A DNA stretch of 63,849 nucleotides, counting the filler, from Polymyxa betae A26-41 (taxonomy: Eukaryota; Protista; Endomyxa: Phytomyxea): assembly GCA_003693705.1 (NCBI GenBank). It is 5 parts of 5 records of this genome, joined end to end, with 100 filler letters (N's around TTAATTAATTAA, not from the genome) between each part and the next. Parts side by side here need not be neighbours in the genome. Positions count along the whole stretch, not along the records: positions 34,455 to 38,886 come from RBZT01000890.1; positions 38,987 to 56,451 come from RBZT01000099.1; 3 more parts are not named here. One strand, given 5' to 3'. The notes below the pieces were generated by a model. It ran no database searches. It worked only from the letters and a program-made list of their open reading frames with translations, and had not been told where the DNA came from. Position numbers and translations under genes: made by a program. Positions 36,663 through 47,091 of this stretch are shown here, one piece after another. Numbering within the stretch: the first letter of the stretch is position 1; each line of letters begins with the position of its first letter.

Positions 36663-37725
36663 ATGCCTAAAAAACACACGACCGTCTATGTCTGTGGATG
36701 TGACGGACGAGAGTTTGCTGATCTACAAAAACTCCGGAGGCACTTGCTCTCCGGGGACGGTCCGACAACACACGCAACGATTCCGACAGAAGAGATTAAA
36801 TCATGGACGGCTAAAACCCTTCCATCGCAACATAAGATGGCATTCCGATCTATATTTGCTAACAATAAAAACCTAATCTTTTTATAGGTCGTACTGTTTA
36901 CTGAAAGTGTCGTTGCGTCCAACAAACGCAAGATTTGGAAGAATCGCGTGAAAGACACAGTTCAGAAGGCTATTAAAAAATTACGCCGCTTGACAAAAGA
37001 GCTCACTGTCGTTACCGAGCGTAACGACAGTTTAGCTCCAGTTCTTCCAGTCTTGACCGAAGAACAATCTGAAGAACTCGCAAAGATACGACAGACACTG
37101 CTACATATTCTGCCCGGGTTCGATCCGACACGCGATGCCTATCTCGAAGACAGGGTCGCGGGGTTAGCCCTCGAATGTTTATTCCAGGGCTTTTGCGGAT
37201 TGCGGGCAGAAACATTGAAATTCATTACAACTCACTTACGGTTAGGGCCATGTGATTTGGATCCGTCCAAGTTCCGGGCGGCCATTGCGGACTTCCACCC
37301 CCAACGGTTCCGCAGTTCGAAACTCCTTCAGTTCAGCAGTGAGCCTGGGGATCCTCAGCTATGTTCCAGTGGAGCATAGCTGTTGGATCCCGGCTCTCTG
37401 CTCGATGCTGACTAATCGACGTGAGGAAGTCGGAAATATGATCTATTCTTCCGCAGTAAATCTGGCGGATAAGTATAATGGGCACAAATCAACCAGGCGG
37501 CCGACCGCCTGTTCGAAGTGCGGGAGAATTTCGCGCGTTGGCTGCGCTACTATAGAAAAATAAGTGGAGACCTACCTCCAACCGCTTCCCATCAAGGAAC
37601 ACCCGCAGTTTCGTTCAACTAAACAGCTTCGGGCAAAAATCAAGGCCGCGGAGCAAGAATTAAAGCTGGCAACGGCCAACACGATTTCGGCCTCTAATGA
37701 GGATTCCTCCTCAGAGTCGAATTAA
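36663..37725 (+). pseudogene. Orphan gene: zinc-finger-like N-terminus, possible tyrosine-recombinase motifs, Myb-like tail
   Basis: YVCGCDGREFADLQKLRRHL; CGLRAETL; SAVRNSFSS (or HPQRFRSS in the other frame); EEVGNMIYSSAVNLADKYN; HPQFRSTKQLRAK. Confidence 0.35.
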
Positions 37726-38986
37726 CCTATTTCATTAAATCGATCTTAAACAGCGTATTTACTGTAAAAAAGTTATCAAGAATTCAAACCTGCCTAAATC
37801 TGTAGATGGAGCTTGATAATTAAAGCATGTGATTAACGGGCGTTTAGGATTTATCAATCGCTCATAAGTCTAATTAGGATTGCTGCTTCCACCGACAAGT
37901 ACGACAGTAATCTACATAGAGATTCTCTTAGAGATTTCGGCTTGATAGACAGCTCATCGAACGATTCGAGACTGCGACAATCTGATTCAACCATTGCATT
38001 AGTGATATTAAAATACATGTTTCCACAGTGTTTCAGTCCGTGGACATTTGAACCGGGGCTCTCTAATACTCCAAGTATCGGAATCAATTTGAATGATCAT
38101 GGATTCCTAAAGTATATTCAAATTATACTATAAACTCTGCGGTTGCATAATCTTAATGCACAATGTTTCACGGCTCCAACGCGCCGTTGCACGCTCTCTC
38201 AAGTCTTATACAGCATCTGCTGCATTTGAAAATCCGCCCGTTTCTATATACAAAGCCTTCCATACAAATTCAGCTTGATAGATAGACCTTTCTACTACTG
38301 TGGAACTGCATGAATTTGAATGAACCATTGCGTCAGGTATGTCAAAAGACATGTTTTTGGAAAGTTTAAGTCCGTTTTTGATTAAAACCGGACTCTCTGA
38401 TTTTACAAGTCCGAATGCATCCGTCATCATACTGGTACTTATAGCGAAGCCGGAAATGGTCATCAGACCATGATTCCAGAAAAGGCACTCGTTGTTCAAG
38501 GCATGAAACGAAATAGAATGATTTGCGGACGCCATTGTGTCCAAGTTCAAGATTCAGTTGCTGAAGGCTCGAATCTCTATGGATTAGACGAAAAATTCGA
38601 ATTTGAAATCAATAAAAATACAATTTCAAGATCCGAAGTAAATGTAATCATAAATTGCATGGTTAACAGCGTGTTTGTACAAAATTTCACAATCTCAAGT
38701 CTCAATGTGCCATCACTAGATTGATATGATAGCACGATTTGCTGAGATCTGAACCATTATCAGCTCATACAAGATTTTGATTCTCATATGTCCGGAAACA
38801 CGGCATGGAGATCGGGCGTGATGAGGGCATTCCAACGATCCGTCGCACGACTGCTAACTCCGAATACCGTACACTCTCTTATAATTNNNNNNNNNNNNNN
38901 NNNNNNNNNNNNNNNNNNNNNNNNNNNNNNTTAATTAATTAANNNNNNNNNNNNNNNNNNNNNNNNNNNNNNNNNNNNNNNNNNNN

Positions 38987-39108
38987 TTCTTTTAATTTAA
39001 AATTCTTATTGGGGTATTTTTCCTTGACGTATTTATATAATTTAGGTGCGGTTTTATAACCATTTGAAATATCATAATATACATCTTTTAGAATTTCATA
39101 TTATCCAT
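38987..39108 (-). pseudogene. N-terminus resembling Polinton retroviral-like integrase
   Basis: After a 1-nt slip: YEILKDVYYDISNGYKTAPKLYKYVKEKYPNKNFKLKE, matching the recalled Maverick integrase start L..IYYD…G……KLY…K. Cut by the contig end. Confidence 0.55.
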
Positions 39109-39127
39109 TATTATTAAGTTTTAATTT

Positions 39128-41445
39128 TTATTCAAAAAACTCTGACGCATCATCATCTTCATCATAATTAATAAGATTGTATTTTCCATTGAATGTTTCT
39201 TTTACAATATCCATAATTTCATTCCATGCTTTTTCTTGACCTTTTCTTTTAAAGAAAATATTGTGATGTTTCATTTTTCCATTATCCATATCCTTATATT
39301 TTATTCTGTACCTATCACTATATTTATGAATATTTGGTGTGATTTGAATATTCATATTGATAGTAGCACAACCTTTAACCTTGGGGGTTTCTTCTTTAAA
39401 GTTCGTTAAATTAATACAATTATCGCCATACACTTTTTTTATATTCAATTATATATTCTCTTTCATATTCTTTTATTAATCTTTCACTTCCTTTTACTTT
39501 TCCAATTAAATATATTTTCGGTTCAATCATATTTTTACTAACCACACATTCTGGATTCTCAAACGTGTTCTCTAAATCTATCCTCTAACCTTCTCAATGT
39601 ATATCCCACATAATAATAACTAGTTTTTTCACATTCAATATAGTAAATTTTTCCAATGGTATTTCTCTTAAAGCATTCATGACTTGTTATTTTTCTGGAG
39701 TATTCACTATAATAATAACTCTTTAATTTCCCCAATCTAATATTATTAATATCCGTTGCTCTTGTTATTGCAGTTAATAAGCATTCCAAACTCATTCTAT
39801 CTGTATCATAAATATTAAATTCTTCTTCAATTGTTCCACCTTAAAAACTATGACTGGTAATAGCATACCCTAAATCCAAATCCATAATATTAAATGTACC
39901 ATTAACAACATTATCTTCATTTTTTCAACTATGAATTTAGACCCTTTGAAAAATCCTTTATCTTCATAATGTTTCCTTAAAATTGCTTTATCACCTATCT
40001 TTAACCCATTACTAACTAAAGAATTAATAATTTTTTGGTTTCATTCAAAAATGTTATATTTGTTTTCAATTTTTCATCTATGGGTTTAAATTTATACCAT
40101 GTCGGCATTCTTCTATATTTTACAAAAACTTAATTACTTTGTATGTTTCTTGGGTTGAGTATCTACATTCTCTTTTTTCAATTTTTTCTTTAATTTCTTC
40201 ATCGGTAATATTTACTTTATTAAATCCCACTAAATCACCAGTAAAATCACATTGGTCATATTTATATGTTTCTTCACCTATATATTTATTCTGTTCCACA
40301 CTTCCAATAATAATTTTCATTCCGTTATACTTTATCAATTCTTCATATAATTTTGTATTTAGGTCGCAACCAATTCGGAAGAATTCATTTACAATTATTA
40401 CATCAAATTCTTCCAATTTTAACACGCTTCGCCCTTCATTATTTCCATCTTTATTTAATCCTAATACACTATGAATTGTCCTACATGTATAATCTGCTAC
40501 ACCAAATTTTTCACAATAATTTCTCATATTTTCAACAGCATTATTCTCAAATGCCATACATAATATTTTCTTATCTTTGTTTCTTTCAGTTGCCCCAGTG
40601 GTTTTTCTCATTCATCCTAAATCAAAACTGGTATAACTACTATTAAATCCGTTATTTACCCATTCTTTCTTATCAATATTAATTTCTTTATACAACTTCA
40701 ATTTTTCTTTCTTTTTTCTGTATTCACCTTCATTCATTTTGATGGGTTGTTTTAAAATTGTTTCTAAATCTTCAATATCCACATCTAATACTTTTATTTC
40801 ATTACATTTGAAATATACAGCATCAGTAATAATTCCAGTGATGAAATAGTCATCATACATTTCATCTATCGTATCAATAATATCAAATACATTTATATAT
40901 CCTCCTAAAATCACGCTATTATGAATAATGCAGTGGTCTCCAAAAACTCTTTCTGTATTTTGACTTTTCGCTATGAAAATTCTGTTTTCATCTTCACCTT
41001 CAAATGTAAGGTCGTATCCTTCTTCTAATGCTGACCCAACCACTAAATCTTGAGTAATAAATCCTCTATTTTCGTAAGTCCATTTTCTGTTTAAATTTCC
41101 AATGAAAGTATTAATAATATTCTTAACATCTCTTTGACTATCAATTTGCTCAAATGTTTCTTTAACAAACTCAACAAATAAATTTCCATCAATATATTTT
41201 CTACATTCCACATAACCCAGACAATTCAGTTTTAATCCTCTATTAATGAATTTTTCCACTATAAACAAGGGCATATAGCAAGCATCTATTTCAACCGCTC
41301 CATATTTTAATTTTTCAATTAAATAAATTCCATTTTTCCATTCTTGGATATTTCCTTTATTGATTTCCATTTCAGTTTTAATAAAATTATCAAAAATAGT
41401 AATCACTGGTATTTTAGCATCTTTAAAATAATTTATTACTGCTAA
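39128..41445 (-). pseudogene. Family B DNA polymerase C-terminus, SF1 (RecD/Pif1-like) helicase, GIY-YIG endonuclease and AP2-like fusion
   Basis: PolB: KNIINTFIG and IITDAVYF. Helicase: G*MRKT, MAFENNAV, TIHS, IIVNE, IGSVEQ, YAITSHSF*GGTI, TAITRA. GIYYI-like GKIYYI…YVGYT…RFREH is in frame with helicase motif VI. Confidence 0.8.
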
Positions 41446-42560
41446 GAGCAACCACAGCGGTTGCTTGATTTCTGTGCGTGATTTCTGTGCAATCACGCAG
41501 CAATAGCGCACATGGAATAACGCAAATGCCTCTGTTTGCCAGCGGTATTGGAGTTCCTCTGCGTGATTTGAATTTTTATATAAACAATGTCGATTCCGCC
41601 AGCAAGCTTCCAATCAGCTCTTGAGGCTTACCTTGACCGATTAGAAATGTTCTCACAGGATAGGTTCTCATCTCTTCCTACCATCCTTGCCTCGAGCTCG
41701 GATTCCAGTAGTGACGACGAAATTGGTGCATAGATTGTATGCACTGGAAATGGAAGAATGGCCCAACAGCCTGGCATGGGCAGTTTACCTCAGGAAAAGA
41801 AGGTGCTCCGACAATTATCTTGGAAGCCATCGCTGATAAGAGCTGTCGGTTTTGGCATTTCTTTTTTGGCACTCCTGGTTCTCTTAATGACATCAATGTC
41901 TTGGACAGGTAGAATGAAAAATGCTGTGTTATTTTAAACCGTTTGATTAGGTCGCATCTCTACCACGACATTATTAATGAGAAAGCGCCAACAGTGAACT
42001 TTTCAGTGAATGGGGAGCAGTTTAATTATGCCTACTGGCTGGCCGATGGGATCTATCCAGACCATGCCTGTCTGGTGAAGACGGTTCGCAATCCTGCAAC
42101 AAGAAAGACAAAAAAGTTTGCCAAAAAACAGGAGGAAGTTCGTAAAGACATCGAGAGGGCCTTTGGCATCCTACAGCGACGATTTCATGTACTGACAAAG
42201 ACTTGTGAGCTCTGGGACCGGCATGCGATGGCGTTAGTCATTCGAACTTGTGTTATTTTGCATAGCCTCATCCTCGATTACGAGAAGGTAAACGTCCGTA
42301 TTTAAAGCATTTCAAGCTGACAATTTCCAGGAGAATGACCTTGATTCCAATTATGTTGAGAATAATGACGAATATTCACCAGAGCACCCGTTCGTCGTGG
42401 TTGAGAATCGGAGTGAAATGCCGGCTACATTGGCATCTTAAAGTTCAAGACTTAGAGGGCTTCAAAGCAAAAGCGATTCCAAGCGGCTTCAGCTGGCATT
42501 GATAGATCATGTCTGGAATCGGTTCGGGGACGAAGATGAAGAACAGCAGCTCACGATACA
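41446..42560 (+). mobile_element. PIF/Harbinger #3 (left TIR plus deleted, intron-containing transposase), inserted in the viral PolB
   Basis: TAA then GAGCAACCACAG; CIDCMHWKWKN, TIILEAIAD, GSLNDINVLDR|SHL, YWLADGIYP, RKDIERAFG; introns 41909-41950 and 42288-42330. Confidence 0.9.
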
Positions 42561-42608
42561 TTAAGACTTCATAGTAAGGCCATTTATTTCAACCCTATGT
42601 AATGTTTG

Positions 42609-44424
42609 TCAGAGCTCGATGGCTGAAGTTAGAGTCTCTTCGCCAAGGACCGATTGGATCAGCTCGGAATCCAAAACGTGCTGCTCTAATGAGTCAAACA
42701 CATCGCAGCACTGTATTATCGATTGTGAGCTGAATGTCATTGCATTGATGCGCTCCAGCTCCAGTCGCTTACGAGCGATCCGAAACTGACGATCGAGCAG
42801 CTCTTCTTCCGCTCGTGCCAATTCAAGCTGGTGCAAAGGATACGATGGCATAGTTTCGACTAATCCTCTTTGCAGAGCAAACGAAATGAACTTGACATCC
42901 TTTCATCAGGGATTCCGCCTTCAACTTAAGTGAAGCGAGATCACACATGACATTATTAGCACACATGAGTCTGGATGTAACCAACACAAAGGCGTCGATA
43001 AAGCCTTCTCTCTGTGCTTGAGAGAAATCCATCACTGTTCCACAGGCTTTGTAATATAAAGCAATCTTCTCATCAAAACCACAGCTAAGTGTGGCAATCT
43101 GGCGTGTCACTTCTCTAAGAATTACATTGAAGTGTGCCTTAGAATGTTCTCGTGTTAATCCATGGATCCAGGAGAAGGCAATCGGGACCCATCGATGCAA
43201 TAAATTGCAATATGTTGCCGTCGTGAGGAGATACCCTTCCTTAAAAATCGAATATGTAACATCAGAGACAGCACCTTCATCTTGACGCCCGGATGCAGGA
43301 TTCATGTCACTGATCCGAGCGTTTTTAGTGTTACGATCGTTGCAGCAACGATATGATCAAACCGGCTTAGCATAAACTTCGTGGCAACAGTAATGTGCAT
43401 CCTGCTAACGCTTAAACTGTCAGACAGTATGATCGTTGCACCGAATTTCTGTTGGAACTGTACAATAGAGTCTAGAAATGAATCGCCTTGACCTGATACA
43501 ATTTCAGAACACGACTTCAAGAAATAAACCAATACCAGGTAAAGTCACCCCTAATTCCATTAACGCATTCCGGCGGAAATAAGCAACCCTTGCAATGTTA
43601 CCGAATGCTTCGTGAATGGAGCGAACAGAATCAGTCAATGGAGTCCATGTAACAAATTTGACAGCTTTTGCTGAGGAATCGCTAACAATTCTCTGCGACA
43701 AGGCCTTCTTGGCATAATAATCAGCCTTAACAACATGCGGAACAGCGTGATGATGGGTTCCTTCATGGAGAATAATGGCCCTGACCTTCTGTAAACATTC
43801 GATCCATTTGCAGGTTGCTGTACAAGTGACCCGGAAAAGAGCACTGCTGCAAATAGGGCACCTAATGATCGATATCATTTCAAAATTACTCAAAATTGTT
43901 CGCTCAATTGGTACTCGGAATCAAATTCATGAGGCGTCTTCTGTTTCGGCCTTTGAGTAAACACGCATTCCTTTTTTTGGCATCGGATGATGCCATTGCA
44001 TTGTTTGGTGATGATTTTGTATGAACTTTTCGGGCTTTCGGTAATCGCTATAGCGAGAGCGGAATACTTTCCATTGCCATTCAGAATAGTGGGCCTGGAG
44101 GTTCGGTTTGAGAGATAATTGGTCAAACTTGAATACGCAGTCCCAATTTGGATGCATAGGGACTCCTTGTGAAGGAGCTACCACTAAATCCAGATCGCGT
44201 TTCGAAATCCCCTTTTGTCCATGTTAGGTCGATTTTGTCCACACAGTGAATATGTTCGGAATCATTCTCTGAAGGGGAGGTGCCATTGAATAAGTGCGAA
44301 ATGAATGCGAACTAATAGAAGATGAATCTCCTAATGATTTCGAAGATGATGGCTCAGTAATTGCAGCAGAATCGTGGAAGCGTTCCGAAGATTCCCCAGA
44401 ATATTCATCACTTAATACAAACAC
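42609..44424 (-). pseudogene. GCM-domain Mutator-like transposase
   Basis: WQWK…CNGIIRC…C…RP…CPIC…TC…HEGTHHH (GCM-like); SDVTY, RWVPI…WI.G…HF, VMDFSQAQREGF, KGCQVHF. Confidence 0.75.
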
Positions 44425-44628
44425 GATATCCCTAACTCAACTAATGATAAACCGAATTCTAACTTGACTGTAATGTGGATAATGCGGAAGCCCCCATGCA
44501 ATTGCGCAGACCTTAACTTCGATAAATGACTAACGCAGGATGCTATAGTTACCTAGTGCCTGCAGTACTTGCGCAGCCCGCCGTGACAAGCGCAGCTCAC
44601 CATACAATTGTCGAGAGGCTGCGCTCAG

Positions 44629-44760
44629 CCTGTCTACCTAGGGTTTTTGCGCCAGTGTCAAGCCTGTCTACCTAATTCTGTAGCCCACCATAAAAAAGGT
44701 AGACAGGAAGAGGTAGACACCCTCGCATTTCTCTGCCTGTCTACCTTGTGCCTGTCTACC
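44629..44760. repeat. Array of CCTGTCTACC motifs in both orientations (subterminal-repeat-like)
   Basis: Four direct copies and about two inverted copies within 130 bp. Confidence 0.75.
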
Positions 44761-45100
44761 TTTTTCAAGTGTACCATAAAAATAAGAAAAATCTGGCGCC
44801 GTGTCAATCATGAAGCATTTGCAGATGATGCAGCTATTTGCCATGTTGATTCCGGAGCTCGTCAGAGGCTTCGCAGACGCCGATTGATCTTGTTTACCGA
44901 TTTTCAACAAAAAGTCATGTTACTGATAAAATTTCGGGGCCTTTGAAGTTTTTGCCCTTTCTGGCCTTCTTGTCAACAGGAGCCATGGGTCTGATCTCGA
45001 GATGGAACGAAGAAATCGACAAGAACCACAGTCTAGACTACGAAGTAAACAAAAGACCCTGCAATTTAATGGCTGTGGGGCAGTCCGTGGAGCAGATTGT

Positions 45101-45216
45101 ATTTATGCCATGACACAAAATCTGGTGAGACGTAAATTACGTCTCACCAACGTTTGTGCCACGTTTGTGTCACATTTGTGTTCCCATTTATGTCACATTT
45201 GTGTCATGACATAAAT
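45101..45216. repeat. Nested palindrome and minisatellite cassette
   Basis: Outer 19-bp inverted repeat, perfect inner 13-bp palindrome at 45123-45149, and about five 11-bp CAC(A/G)TTTGTGT units. Confidence 0.85.
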
Positions 45217-45326
45217 TGCGTTTGCGCGATTTTTGGTAGCCTTCCATAGGATAAGCATCTAAGGCAGATTGATGGTTGTCACTAAAACAATCGCTCCCCC
45301 CTTTGACTGTACATCATAATTATCAT

Positions 45327-45983
45327 AGAAGCGTCCGCAAAGTAGGGTAATCATATGTTAGAGCTTCAAATGATACGTTGCGGACTTGGAAAAGTGCGCG
45401 GGAGAATTTGCGGGGCGCAGCCTTCTAACGTATCTTTAATCGAAAGTTAAAATGGCCTAAAAAGATAAGTTTGTAAGATTTTGGAAACTAAGTTAGCCGC
45501 AGCCCCCATGCGTCGTCCGTAGAAGTGATGAAATTCGGTCTCCACCAAATCCAGATCGTTTTAAAGATCATATACTGGACGAAAGATGTCAACATTGAAA
45601 TCTCTTTCAAATTGATCCGGCAGTGTGTCGTCATCAAGATCTTGCAATTCTGAAGCTAGGGCGAATGCTTGTGCATTTGTACTATGATTTTTTACACAAA
45701 AAACGATAGGGCTTGCACCAGTGCGGCGTCGTCCTCTCTGGTTTCGCCATCAAAAAACCATACCGGATCAACGAGGTCATCTTTCATGGCGGCGAGTCGT
45801 ATTGCAGCCTCCAGAACGAACGACAAGCGACACCAAAACCGACGGGGTCCGTAGAGCGCAACCTTGTGATCAACGTAACTTTCAACGTATGTTTTATTAG
45901 AGCGACTTTACGGACGTCTTTGGCTTGAAAGTAACTTTAGAAAATCTGTGGGAAAAAGATACTTTGACTTTGCGGACGTCACT
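45327..45983. mobile_element. 657-bp non-autonomous TIR element, copy 2
   Basis: Colinear with 17210-17866; no matching TSD (CAT versus TTT). Confidence 0.9.
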
Positions 45984-47091
45984 TTTATTGCACTTCTACT
46001 AAAACGTGATAGCCGTTAGAGTTAGTGCTGTAAAATCGTAATGCTGTTTAAAACAAACTGTAATTCTTCCAGGGTAGTTCCGCGGTCCGTAACGCATGTC
46101 CGTGACGCAATTCCGACCGAACGTGGTTCAGGGCTTGGGGGCCTTCAGCTTCCGGCGGTCTTGACTTGAAACCCTTATTGTCAGGAGACTCGCTCCCGAC
46201 AGCAGCGCGGCCTCTTCAGCGCAGCCAAGAAGTGCGAAGTACTAGTAGCTAGAGCGTTCCACTGCAGACGCCAGATGTCAGAACTTGAGAAAGGCCGTGA
46301 TTCTACTCTGTCAGGAATGCTCTAAGAACTTTCCGTAGATGTACTTCAGCGAACTAGGACAGCAGACAGATTCCATTCCGCTAACCTTCGTTTTCTTAAT
46401 ACAATCGCTTTCGCTTTCGACAAGTCTGACTCTAGCCCGCTTTCGCCCCACATCCCTGACAGTGTTAGCGGAATCCTCTCATATCAGCTACCGCCGAGAT
46501 GAATTTCGAGGAAATGCAAGCCTTGTTACATCAACAGCAACTTCAAATTCAAGCATTGCTCCAGCAACAGCAAGATGTTGGGCAACGTGTTAGTCAATGG
46601 GACAACTCGGTTGCACTTGTTCAAGCTCTTGTATCGCAACAACAAGAATTCATGCAACTGTTGAGCCAGAGCCAGAACGACAACTCCGCCGCTGTTGTTG
46701 CCGCACCTCACCAGCCTCAAGAACCACAGGCCCCGAAGCCTGATAAATTTGACGTCTCAAAGTCACGGCTTCGAGGTTTCATTAACCAGCTCCGTCTCGT
46801 CATACAACAACATCCGCGGACATATGCCACCGAACGTCAGCGTGCTCTCCTGGCTGGCAGCTTATTGTCTGGTCCAGCCCTGGACTGGTTTTCCCAGATA
46901 TTCGAGACAAACGATCCTGTCCTAGACAATTCGATAACTTTATTCAGTCTCTAGAATCCCGATTCGGAGATCCTCTTCGTCAGCAACATGCCGAATCCAA
47001 GTTACAGCGCCTTCGATAAGGTCGCCGCCCGGTAGCCGTTTATGCTTCGGAATTTCAGATCACTCGAGGACGCCGGATGGGACCATCGCGC

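Larger units (their letters stand above)
38987..41445 (-). mobile_element. AT-rich Polinton/Maverick-like endogenous viral relic
   Basis: Sharp drop in GC, tightly packed same-strand genes with no apparent introns, and PolB, SF1 helicase, GIY-YIG and integrase-like motifs. Confidence 0.75.

Noticed and set aside
41446-41613. N-terminal ~56 aa of ORF 40612..41613
   Set aside because: Read-through into the PIF left end; not part of the viral polymerase.
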